DNA of 64,000 bases, taken from Gemmatales bacterium. Its GTDB lineage: Bacteria; Planctomycetota; Planctomycetia; Gemmatales; Gemmataceae. The DNA lies in NCBI GenBank assembly GCA_038230995.1, contig JBBRME010000001.1:799-64798 (forward strand). Reading direction: 5' to 3'. Shown in pieces: positions 18,469 through 26,621 of this stretch; positions within the stretch are counted from its first letter, which is position 1, and the number at the start of each line of letters is the position of its first letter. The notes beneath the pieces are model-generated. The model was not told the DNA's origin. It saw only the letters and a list, made by a program, of their open reading frames with translations, and searched no databases. Made by a program: the position numbers and the translations under genes.

Positions 18469-19343
18469 GTTTGGCCGACGCTTTCCCGGACATCACCAAG
18501 TGCCGCGAACCGCTGGCCCCGCATACGCACCTGAAGATCGGTGGGCCTGCGGAGTTCTTCGTTCAACCTCGCAATGCCGATGAGTTGCGAGCTGTGCTGC
18601 GGTACTGCAAATCGAATCAGGTACCTCTGCGGATGCTGGGTGGTGGCTTCAACCTGCTGGTGCGTGATGATCCGGTTTCGGGTGCGGTCATGCGGCTGAG
18701 CGGGCCGGGGTTCAACCACCTCGAAAGTGCTGGCCGTGCGGTACGTTGCTCCGGTGGCACCAATCTTTACGACCTGATTGCCTTCACCGTAAAGGCTGGG
18801 CTGGGCGGGCTGGAAACGCTGGTCGGCATCCGTGGCAGTGTCGGTGGCAGCGTGCGATGCAACGTGGGTGATCGCAATGGCGAGATCGGTGCCCGGGTTC
18901 GCCGCGTGGGTGTGCTACACGATGACGGCACGGATCATGAACGAACCCGCGATGAACTCACGTTCGGTCAGCACAAGTCGGACTTGGATGAACCGGTGAT
19001 CCTGTGGGTGGAATTTGAATTGACCCAAGAACCCTCGGCACAACTGCTGAAGCGCATGCGACGAGCTTGGGTGCAGCGCAAGGCCACGGAACCGTTGAGC
19101 CTGCAAAGTGCGGTGCGGTTGTTCCGCGACCCCACCGGGCAGTTGGCCGTGAAGCTGATCGAACGGGCGAAGATGGCCAAGTACCGCGTTGGAGGGGCCG
19201 AGTTGAGCGAACGGAACGCGAACTATGCCGTGGCCCATCCGGGCACCACGGCGAAGGATATTCTCAAACTGATCGAGTCGGTTCAGGCCACCGTCAAGCA
19301 GACTTCCGGTGTGGAACTGGAACGTGAGCTGAATGTGTGGTGA
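18465..19343 (+). CDS. murB: UDP-N-acetylenolpyruvoylglucosamine reductase
   Basis: FAD-binding PCMH-type N-terminus LAPHTHLKIGGPAEFFVQP...RMLGGGFNLLVRDD, and a C-terminal MurB block GGAELSERNANYAV. Confidence 0.9.
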   Translation: MSLADAFPDITKCREPLAPHTHLKIGGPAEFFVQPRNADELRAVLRYCKSNQVPLRMLGGGFNLLVRDDPVSGAVMRLSGPGFNHLESAGRAVRCSGGTNLYDLIAFTVKAGLGGLETLVGIRGSVGGSVRCNVGDRNGEIGARVRRVGVLHDDGTDHERTRDELTFGQHKSDLDEPVILWVEFELTQEPSAQLLKRMRRAWVQRKATEPLSLQSAVRLFRDPTGQLAVKLIERAKMAKYRVGGAELSERNANYAVAHPGTTAKDILKLIESVQATVKQTSGVELERELNVW

Positions 19344-19354
19344 GGTGCGGTGGA

Positions 19355-19417
19355 TTTTGGGAGGTCGAACCTCCCGGTGAGCCGCAACTTCGGCTCGGCA
19401 GGAGCCTCGCCCTCCCC
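19355..19417. repeat. family-E REP palindrome at the convergent murB/hemN-like junction
   Basis: GGGAGGTCGAACCTCCC hairpin + GAGCCGCAACTTCGGCTC hairpin + GGCAGGAGCCTCGCCCTCCCC. The same modules recur at 42389-42454. Confidence 0.8.
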
Positions 19418-19421
19418 AGTC

Positions 19422-20750
19422 TCACGTATACCGCACGCTCTTGTACTTCGGCTCAAAGAAGTTCGGCAGGTGGCGGTCGATCTGCAGTAGCCCTGCTGGT
19501 GTGAGGGCATAACCGTCGAAGGTCGAGGTCAGCAAACCCTCGGTTTCGAGCTTCGTGAACGTCGGGGCGAAGACGGTGCGGATGTCGGCCCCGAACTTTT
19601 GTTGGAAGTAGGCGGCCGAGACGGAACCCTTTTTGAGTTGCAGCACCAACTCACGGATCAACCGTTCTCCGGCACTTGTTGGGTACGCCCGGCCAATCGG
19701 CAACGCACCTTTTTCCAGTGAATCGATGTACGCTTCCCAAGTATCCACGTTCTGAATGTGGACACCGTTGACGGTACCAAAGCTGGCCACGCCGGTGCCG
19801 AACATATCGGCACCCGTCCACAGGGCATCGCGGTATACGAACTGCGTTTTCTCTTTGTTCCGCACCACGGTGTAGGCACTGCTGATGTCGTACCCCGCCT
19901 TCACGAACTCGGCAAACGCTTCGCTCACCCAGCGGCGTTTCGTCGGCCAGTCGGCAATCTTCATCGGCTCGGCCGGAACGTCATCCACCTGTGCCAGCTC
20001 CTTGCTGAACGTGGTGTTGTACGGCAACTCCATCTGATAAATGGTCACGCTCTCTGGGGCCATTTGAATGGTCTTCTGGATGCATTCATGCCAGTTGGCG
20101 TCGTCCTCGCCCACCATGCCGGCGATGAGATCGATGTTAATTTGCTCAAAGCCGATCTCACGTGCCCAGCCGTAGGCCCGGTACACTTCTTCTTCCAGGT
20201 GAGCGCGACCGTTGAACTGCAAGATGCTTGGCTTGAAGTTCTCCACGCCCAAGCTCAACCGCGTGACGCCGAGTTCCTTCAGCGTTTCGAGTTTGTGCTT
20301 TTGCAGGGTGCCGGGTTCGCACTCGAACGCCACTTCGCGGGCCTTGTCCCACGGTAGGATTTCCTTCAACCGAGTCATCATGCCGCGCAGTTGCTCGGAA
20401 CTCAGGTAGCTTGGTGTACCACCGCCGAAGTAAACGTAATCCAGCGACCGACCACCGATACAGGGCGTCTGCGCCAGTAGTTCCACTTCCTTCAGGATGG
20501 CATTCAGGTAACTGCCTACGTCCTTGGCGTTCTTGTCCGTGTACACGCGGAAGTAGCAGAATTTGCACCGCTTACGGCAGAACGGAATGTGCAGATACAA
20601 GCCGAGCGGCGTGCCGGGAACCGGTGGGCGATTCAGTGCATCGTGCGCAGCGCCAACGTGTTCCTTGTTCCACGCAGAGAAGGGTGGGTAGTTGGCAATG
20701 AAGTAATTCCCCAAGCCCGTTTTCTCTTGATCCGGTGCGGCAGTACTCAT
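19422..20750 (-). CDS. radical SAM coproporphyrinogen-III oxidase family protein (HemN-like)
   Basis: CxxxCxxC cluster in LYLHIPFCRKRCKFCYF, GGGTPS, and a HemN_C-like tail. Start chosen at MSTAAPD (20750). Confidence 0.85.
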   Translation of the reverse strand: MSTAAPDQEKTGLGNYFIANYPPFSAWNKEHVGAAHDALNRPPVPGTPLGLYLHIPFCRKRCKFCYFRVYTDKNAKDVGSYLNAILKEVELLAQTPCIGGRSLDYVYFGGGTPSYLSSEQLRGMMTRLKEILPWDKAREVAFECEPGTLQKHKLETLKELGVTRLSLGVENFKPSILQFNGRAHLEEEVYRAYGWAREIGFEQINIDLIAGMVGEDDANWHECIQKTIQMAPESVTIYQMELPYNTTFSKELAQVDDVPAEPMKIADWPTKRRWVSEAFAEFVKAGYDISSAYTVVRNKEKTQFVYRDALWTGADMFGTGVASFGTVNGVHIQNVDTWEAYIDSLEKGALPIGRAYPTSAGERLIRELVLQLKKGSVSAAYFQQKFGADIRTVFAPTFTKLETEGLLTSTFDGYALTPAGLLQIDRHLPNFFEPKYKSVRYT

Positions 20751-20831
20751 CGGCGGTGCCCAGGAAGTCGATTGAACAGATACCGTTAGTTTAGCAAAGC
20801 CTTGCAAGACGATCAGCAACTACAATATCTG

Positions 20832-21782
20832 ATGTACACCACCGCGAGTACTGCGATGTCGTTCCTGCCGCTACTTGTGCTGACGCTGCTTCAGCCGAAC
20901 ACGACGGTCACCAAAGAAGTGCCCGGCTTCGACAGCTTTCCGGACGTGACATATCTCGAAATCGACGGCACCAAGTTGCAACTCGATCTCGTGGTGCCCA
21001 AAGGCGAGGGGCCGTTCCCGGTGGTGTTGTGCTTCCACGGTGGGGCGTGGATCGCGGGCAACCGCAAAGACCTCACCAAGCCAGCGTTGTTCAACCCCGG
21101 TGGCCACGATGGCAAACACGACTTCAGCGTGATGGAGAACCTCGCCAAGAACGGCTACGCTGCCGCGAGTGTGAGCTACCGCTTGGCCCCCAAGGCGAAG
21201 TTTCCCGCCCAGATCGAAGACTGCAAGGCCGCGGTGAAGTTCCTGCGGAAGAACGCCAAGACCTACAAGCTGGATGAAAACAAGATCGGTGCGATGGGCT
21301 TCAGTGCCGGGGCGCACCTAGCCGCGTTGCTCGGCGTATGCACCAAAGACGCGGGCTTCGAGGGCAAGAGCCTGCCGGAGGTCAGTAGCGAAGTGCAATG
21401 CGTGGTGGATTACTTCGGCCCGACCGACCTCACGCTCTACTCGGAAAGCACGGAGATCACCAAGATGCTGGTGCCGTTTCTTGGTAAGGAAGCGGCAACA
21501 GATAGCAACGTGATGAAGAAAGCGTCGCCCATCAATTACGTCCACAAGCAGGCCCCGCCGTTCCTGATCATCCACGGCACGGTCGATCTCATTGTTCCCT
21601 ACATTCATTCCGAAGCATTGAAAAAGAAACTCAAGGAAGTGGATGTCGCCTGTGAGTTGTTGCCGGTGTCGTGGAAGGGCCACGGTTGGGAAGACCCCAA
21701 AGCGGTGGACTTGGCCGCGAAGGCCACGCTCAAGTTTCTGGATACCCACTTGAAGAACAAAAAAGCAGACGAGAAAAAGTGA
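20832..21782 (+). CDS. alpha/beta hydrolase (esterase/lipase, HGG type), secreted
   Basis: HGGAW oxyanion motif, nucleophile elbow GFSAGAH, and a C-terminal HG...D. Signal-like N-terminus. Start ATG 20832 (the TTG at 20802 is less likely). Confidence 0.85.
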   Translation: MYTTASTAMSFLPLLVLTLLQPNTTVTKEVPGFDSFPDVTYLEIDGTKLQLDLVVPKGEGPFPVVLCFHGGAWIAGNRKDLTKPALFNPGGHDGKHDFSVMENLAKNGYAAASVSYRLAPKAKFPAQIEDCKAAVKFLRKNAKTYKLDENKIGAMGFSAGAHLAALLGVCTKDAGFEGKSLPEVSSEVQCVVDYFGPTDLTLYSESTEITKMLVPFLGKEAATDSNVMKKASPINYVHKQAPPFLIIHGTVDLIVPYIHSEALKKKLKEVDVACELLPVSWKGHGWEDPKAVDLAAKATLKFLDTHLKNKKADEKK

Positions 21783-21793
21783 ACACACATCGT

Positions 21794-21903
21794 CCCCAGG
21801 CCTTCGACCTGGTCTATCTTGTCTCGGCCCGTTGGGCCTCAAGACTTTCAGGGCCAAAGGCCCGTGACAGGTTAGCCCAGGCTAGCGGCCTGGGTTTCTC
21901 AAT
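21794..21903. repeat. family-D REP (about 110 bp, multi-hairpin)
   Basis: Its reverse complement aligns along its length with 49784-49891, sharing ...TGTCACGGGCCTTTGGCCCTGAAA...GAGGCCCAACGGGCCGA.... Confidence 0.8.
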
Positions 21904-22002
21904 CATCATCGCCCTCTTGTTAGCCATCGTCGTCAGCCACGGTTGTCATGGCGATGACTTCGATCACGAACCTTGCTTCATTCCCAAGCTCGACCAGGAA
22001 CC

Positions 22003-22560
22003 ATGACCCAACCCAAGAAGAAGATCAACGTCGCGGTGCTCATCATCATGGCGGCCGTGTTGATTACAGTTCCGTTGCTCGTGGCCCTCGGCGTCATCCT
22101 GTGGCTGAATCAGACGAGCTTCACCAGTGTCGATGAACTCAAGGTCGAGGAGTTGGATACGATCCGCATTGAGTTGAAGAATCTCGCCAGCCGGGAGATT
22201 GATCGACCTGACAGCGATGTCGTCGACAAAACCAATACCCTCGACCGCACCGATCCGGACATCCGCCCGGTGTACATCACCCGGCCTGATTTCAACAACA
22301 TCCTCGCCCCCCTGCGTGAGGCGAAAAAGATCGACCCGATGCAGTGGCCAGCCAGTGCCTATTTGGGAAAGTACGAGATCAAGTACAAAGACGGCCGCGG
22401 TGGAACCATCATGCTTTACTGGAACACGGAAGTTCACGGCAACGCCGACAGCCCCGGCGTGGTGTGGATGAAGATCGGTGCGAATCGCTATCAGGCCTGC
22501 ATGCTGAAGGAACTGCGTACGATAGCCGAGGACTGTGCAAAACGTGGAACGCTGAAATAA
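22003..22560 (+). CDS. hypothetical N-terminally anchored protein
   Basis: MTQPKKKINVAVLIIMAAVLITVPLLVALGVILWL is followed by a soluble domain. No family recognised. Confidence 0.6.
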   Translation: MTQPKKKINVAVLIIMAAVLITVPLLVALGVILWLNQTSFTSVDELKVEELDTIRIELKNLASREIDRPDSDVVDKTNTLDRTDPDIRPVYITRPDFNNILAPLREAKKIDPMQWPASAYLGKYEIKYKDGRGGTIMLYWNTEVHGNADSPGVVWMKIGANRYQACMLKELRTIAEDCAKRGTLK

Positions 22561-22584
22561 CTTCTAGTAAACAAGACCTTCTTA

Positions 22585-22674
22585 CCACAGAGGCACAGAG
22601 AACACGGAGAAGAACAGAACCAAAGCCTTTTTGTCTTTGAACTTCTCTACTCTGTGTTCTCTGTGCCTCTGTGG
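22585..22674. repeat. family-C long imperfect palindrome (convergent junction)
   Basis: CCACAGAGGCACAGAGAACACGGAGAAG ... CTTCTCTACTCTGTGTTCTCTGTGCCTCTGTGG. Confidence 0.85.
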
Positions 22675-22696
22675 TTAAATTCTGCCCTAAGCCAAG

Positions 22697-23632
22697 CTAC
22701 ATCTCAGGCCCGATTTCCTTCGCCGTGAACAACTCCACTTTGCTGCCCTTGCCCACTGCGTACTGGAAGTTCGTGCCCAGCGTTGCCGCGGCACCGACCT
22801 CACCCTTCGGGCTGAGCGCGAGGAACGCACAATTGCGCGGGTGCACCCCGCGACGGACGCATGCGGCGTTCACTCGTTTGGCCGCAGCTTCGCACGCTTG
22901 CTGCGGGGTTTTGCCGCCCCGCATCTGTTCGACAATGAACGAACTCGCAGCGACGCGGATGATCTCTTCGCCAACACCCGTGGCCCCTGCGGCACCAGCG
23001 GTGTCGTCCACATACAACCCGGCACCGATAATCGGGCTGTCACCCACGCGGCCCGGTAGCTTGTAGGCCAACCCGCTGGTGGTACAGACCCCGCCAAGGT
23101 TACCGGCCTGATCGAGGCCCAGCACTGTCACAGTATCGTGGTTCCACTCATCAATCGGCACGTGGATGTCGTCGGCAGAGGTGATCGGCTTTGCTGGTTC
23201 GTTCTTCTTCAGTTTGTCCGGATGAGTCTCGAACCACATCTTGATGCCTTCAAGCGTGTGTGGCATCTCCAGCTTGAAGCCTTCTTGCAGGGCGAACCAC
23301 TTCGCACCTTCGCCCACCAACAGGATGTGCGGGGTCTTTTCCATCACCTTCCGTGCCACGGCACTCGCACTGCGGATGTGTTGCAACCCGGCCACGGCCC
23401 CGCAGCTCAGCGTCTTGCCGTCCATCACGCAGCTATCGGTGGTGAGCTGACCGATCTTGTCGGGCAGGCTACCGAAGCCGACAGAGTGAACAGCAGGGTC
23501 GTTCTCCACCGCTTGTGCCCCGGCCATCACGGCATCAAGTGCGGGCTTGCCTGCGGTCAACATCTTGAGGGAGACTTCCGCTGCCGTTTTGCCAAACGGC
23601 CAGGTAGCGATGACGATGGGTTCGACGGCCAT
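22697..23632 (-). CDS. N4-(beta-N-acetylglucosaminyl)-L-asparaginase / isoaspartyl peptidase (Ntn hydrolase)
   Basis: The HDTVTVLGLD autoprocessing region is followed by TTSGLAYKLPGRVGDSPIIGAGLYVD, the asparaginase_2 family signature. Confidence 0.85.
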   Translation of the reverse strand: MAVEPIVIATWPFGKTAAEVSLKMLTAGKPALDAVMAGAQAVENDPAVHSVGFGSLPDKIGQLTTDSCVMDGKTLSCGAVAGLQHIRSASAVARKVMEKTPHILLVGEGAKWFALQEGFKLEMPHTLEGIKMWFETHPDKLKKNEPAKPITSADDIHVPIDEWNHDTVTVLGLDQAGNLGGVCTTSGLAYKLPGRVGDSPIIGAGLYVDDTAGAAGATGVGEEIIRVAASSFIVEQMRGGKTPQQACEAAAKRVNAACVRRGVHPRNCAFLALSPKGEVGAAATLGTNFQYAVGKGSKVELFTAKEIGPEM

Positions 23633-23652
23633 AAATGTTCCAGTTGAAGAGT

Positions 23653-23742
23653 TTCACCGCAGAGGGCACATGAGAGCACAAGAGATAACACAACTCAATT
23701 CTATTTTTTCTCCTGTGTCCTCTCGTGCTCTCTGCGGTGAAT
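23653..23742. repeat. family-C long imperfect palindrome
   Basis: TTCACCGCAGAGGGCACATGAGAGCACAAGAG ... CTCCTGTGTCCTCTCGTGCTCTCTGCGGTGAA, between the hisI stop and the asparaginase start. Confidence 0.85.
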
Positions 23743-23749
23743 TGATGAC

Positions 23750-24124
23750 TTACTTCTGGTACACCGCTTTCGGATCGAAGACACGTTCCGCGATGACTTG
23801 CAGTTCTTCGGCTTCCGTCAGTTCACGGAAGAAACAGCTTTCGTACCCCTCATGGCAGGCCGCACCACCGAGTTGCTTCACCTTCAGCAGCACGGCATCG
23901 GCATCGCAATCGATGTAAATGTGCTTCACCAGTTGAACATTGCCGCTTTCTTCGCCCTTCCGCCACAGCCGGTTCCGGCTTCGGCTGAAGTACACGGCCT
24001 TGCGGGTTTTCACCGTCTCGTGGAACGCTTCTTCATTCATCCACGCAATCATGAGGACGGTGCCACTGTCGGCATCTTGGGCAATGGCACTGACCAATCC
24101 ACCGGCTTTTTCAAAATTCAACAT
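23750..24124 (-). CDS. hisI: phosphoribosyl-AMP cyclohydrolase
   Basis: [11 protein letters not shown]...[18 protein letters not shown]...[12 protein letters not shown]...[12 protein letters not shown] is the conserved HisI core. Start at MLNFEK (24124). Confidence 0.9.
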   Translation of the reverse strand: MLNFEKAGGLVSAIAQDADSGTVLMIAWMNEEAFHETVKTRKAVYFSRSRNRLWRKGEESGNVQLVKHIYIDCDADAVLLKVKQLGGAACHEGYESCFFRELTEAEELQVIAERVFDPKAVYQK

Positions 24125-24207
24125 CGTTCTCTCACACGGAGGGTGTTCCAAACCGCATCAACTTGCCGTAGACTGGCATCTTAGCAGCCCAAGGTTTCGG
24201 TTCCCGT

Positions 24208-24807
24208 ATGTCCGAGAATTACCGACCGATCGATAGCACAGTACACGAGGCCCAGAGCGCACCTGAAGAGGGTGCATCATGGGTGCGCCTTGTGTATCGC
24301 TATCAGGGGCAGATCACCATCTGGTGCCAGAAGCTCGGGCTGCAAACCGCTGATGCGGAAAACGTGACACAAGAAGTGCTAGTCAGGCTCACGCGGAAGA
24401 TCCATCTTTACGATCCAAAGAAAGCCCCGTTCGCCGCTTGGCTGCGCCGGGTGACGGTCCATGCAGCCCGCAACTATGTGCGTAAGCAAACCAAGGCGGC
24501 GACCGGTTCCGGCGACACTAGCCAGATGATGAGGCTACAAGAAGTGCAGGACGACTCCGAGAACTACTGGGATCTGATTTCGTCGGAAGCCGACCGAAAG
24601 CTACTAGAACTGGCGATGAAACGCACCAAAGCCAAAGTGTCGAAGGAAGCCTGGCAGATGTTTGAGATGGCGGCCATTCAAAAGATGCCGGGTAGCAAAG
24701 TGGCCGAGGAGTTAGGTGTAAGCGCTCAGAGTGTGTACAGCGCTCGTCACCGGGTCATGCTCGTACTGCGGGAGCAACTTGCTGCGTTGCTCCCCGATGA
24801 GGAGTAA
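24208..24807 (+). CDS. ECF-type RNA polymerase sigma-70 family factor
   Basis: Region 2-like YRYQGQITIWCQKLGLQTADAENVTQEVLVRL and a region 4 HTH (GSKVAEELGVSAQSVYSARHRV). No anti-sigma gene is adjacent. Confidence 0.8.
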   Translation: MSENYRPIDSTVHEAQSAPEEGASWVRLVYRYQGQITIWCQKLGLQTADAENVTQEVLVRLTRKIHLYDPKKAPFAAWLRRVTVHAARNYVRKQTKAATGSGDTSQMMRLQEVQDDSENYWDLISSEADRKLLELAMKRTKAKVSKEAWQMFEMAAIQKMPGSKVAEELGVSAQSVYSARHRVMLVLREQLAALLPDEE

Positions 24808-24918
24808 AGAGCCGCGCACGAAGTAAGCGGTGTCTTTCGTCTCCTGGAAGTAAGCGGTGTCTTTCGTCTCTTGGAAGTAAGGGGTGTCTTTCGTCCGCTT
24901 ACTTCGTGCGCGGCTCCT
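24808..24918. repeat. hairpin with an internal 27-bp tandem repeat (bidirectional terminator candidate)
   Basis: The arms AGAGCCGCGCACGAAGTAAGCGG / CCGCTTACTTCGTGCGCGGCTCT enclose about 2.8 copies of GAAGTAAGCGGTGTCTTTCGTCTCCTG. The element exactly fills the gap between two convergent stops (24807 and 24924). Confidence 0.85.
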
Positions 24919-24923
24919 ATCAA

Positions 24924-25517
24924 TCAACCGCCGCCCTTGTTCGACTTAAAGATGATGTCGATGGAGATCGCCGCTGCCAGCACCAGCATCTTAGCCACGG
25001 GCTGATCGTGCAGGTCTTCATCAATGTCAATCATGTAGGTATCGGCGGAGGTGAACAGTTCCTTCGCCATGCCACCCCATTTCTTCGTGATCTTGCCAAG
25101 TTCGTCGCCCTCTGGCGTCAGAATCCGGTAGTTGAAGCCGATGAAGTTCCCCTTCACCTCGGCGAACTGCTTGTCCTTCTTGTCGTACACCCAGAAGCCA
25201 CCGCCGAAGGAGAAGACCTTGCTCTTGAAATAACCAATCAATTCGCCGTCGGCGTTCAACACTTCGACACGAGCGCGGAAGAAAGTGACACCGCGCTTGA
25301 TCTGGAAGACCAGAGCATCTTCTTCGTCGCGAATCTCCACTTTTGTCGGCATCAGTGCCTTGTTGATAAACCAACGAAGCGTTTTCACAAGGCCGCTGAT
25401 CTTCTCTTCCGCCGTGCCCACTTGTTCTTCGGTTTCGTAATCGAAGATGTCGTAGGTCTGGTGGGTCTTAAAGAACTTGACCTTCTCTTTGATCATGAAC
25501 TTGTTGGCTTCGAGCAC
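24924..25517 (-). CDS. phospholipid scramblase family (tubby-like fold) protein
   Basis: The C-terminal KKWGGMAKELFTSADTYMIDIDEDL...KMLVLAAAISIDIIF mirrors the scramblase signature (KW.G..KE.FTDAD.F.I.F..DLD...KA...GA.FLID). Confidence 0.75.
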   Translation of the reverse strand: MLEANKFMIKEKVKFFKTHQTYDIFDYETEEQVGTAEEKISGLVKTLRWFINKALMPTKVEIRDEEDALVFQIKRGVTFFRARVEVLNADGELIGYFKSKVFSFGGGFWVYDKKDKQFAEVKGNFIGFNYRILTPEGDELGKITKKWGGMAKELFTSADTYMIDIDEDLHDQPVAKMLVLAAAISIDIIFKSNKGGG

Positions 25518-25621
25518 GGTGTTCTCACGCGGGGGATGGGTTTAAAGGGGTAGGTCTGTGATGGAAGAGTACGAACTTCACTTACTGAGAGGGAGTGTTG
25601 ATCGTCAAATTCATCAAGTCG

Positions 25622-26482
25622 CTATGCTCGGTAGAAGCGATCCATTTCTTCGGCCATCTGCGCAGGCATGGTGTACTGTGGGTAGTGCCCACATGGGCTG
25701 AATTCGATGCGTTTCACGTTCGGTGTGCCGTCTTCCACGGTGCGTTCAAACTCCCTCGGCACGATGGTATCGCGGTCGCCGCCGATCATGAGAATCGAGT
25801 GGGGTATGTCCTTCAACCGTGGCCGCAGATCAAGTTCCGAAAGGATCAGCGCACGACGAGCGGCTGCCTTGATTGGCGTTGCCCCGCTGCACTCCCGAAG
25901 GAACTCGTAAATCTCGGGTGGGCACCCCTCGAACTGGGGTTTTTCGAGGTGACCCATGATGGCTTCGCGTCCCGGCAGGTCTTTCATCCGCCCGGGCCAG
26001 TGCCTTGCGAACAGGCTCAGTGCACGTTCGGCAGCCAGGATTTTGCGGTAGGCAAAGCCACCTTGCAGCACGACTTTCTTGAACCTTGTCGGGTGCCGAA
26101 GCAACGCAGCCAGCGTGACGGTGCTACCAAAGCTTGACCCCTTCACGAAGACCGATTCCAACTTTAAATGATCGATCAATACCACTAGGTCGTCCACAAA
26201 ATCGGCGTGGGTGTACACGCCAAGCTTGGCACCGTCGTCCGCTCCATTGGCGAGATCGTGGCAGATGACCCGATAGCCACGATCCACCAACTCCGACATC
26301 AACAGACAAAAGCTGCGCGGCGAATCGCACAGACCGTGAACGAAAAGCACCGGCATGCCCGTGCCCCAAGACGCATACCGCATCCGATACCGACCCGCGT
26401 CCAGCACGTGCTGCGTCGCCTCGCTGTCAAAGCGGCGCTGTGCACGGTGCAAGTCGTCAACGGTCGGATGCGGGCGGTTCAT
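25622..26482 (-). CDS. alpha/beta-fold hydrolase
   Basis: VLFVHGLCDSPRSF, nucleophile elbow VKGSSFGS, and a C-terminal GHYPQ histidine block. Confidence 0.85.
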   Translation of the reverse strand: MNRPHPTVDDLHRAQRRFDSEATQHVLDAGRYRMRYASWGTGMPVLFVHGLCDSPRSFCLLMSELVDRGYRVICHDLANGADDGAKLGVYTHADFVDDLVVLIDHLKLESVFVKGSSFGSTVTLAALLRHPTRFKKVVLQGGFAYRKILAAERALSLFARHWPGRMKDLPGREAIMGHLEKPQFEGCPPEIYEFLRECSGATPIKAAARRALILSELDLRPRLKDIPHSILMIGGDRDTIVPREFERTVEDGTPNVKRIEFSPCGHYPQYTMPAQMAEEMDRFYRA

Positions 26483-26498
26483 GAGTGAATCCTGTCTT

Positions 26499-26610
26499 TA
26501 CGAGCCACGAACGGAGCGCAGCGGAGAGAGTGTATGGTTTCGACCAAGAACACTCTCTCCGCTGCGCTCCGTTCGCGGCTCGTAGAACCAAGGCAAGTTG
26601 CAAACTTGCC
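26499..26610. terminator. 35-nt-arm near-perfect palindrome followed by an 8-bp GC hairpin
   Basis: TACGAGCCACGAACGGAGCGCAGCGGAGAGAGTGT / ACACTCTCTCCGCTGCGCTCCGTTCGCGGCTCGTA, then GGCAAGTT-GCA-AACTTGCC. Lies directly after the stop of the NHL gene on the minus strand. Confidence 0.7.
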
Positions 26611-26621
26611 CCACATAAACC

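Noticed and set aside
21318-21857. 179-aa minus-strand ORF and the 111-aa ORF 21671..22006 spanning the REP-D region
   Set aside because: One is antisense to the esterase gene. Both run through the REP-D element, and translations such as MALKVLRPNGPRQDRPGRRP are repeat-derived.
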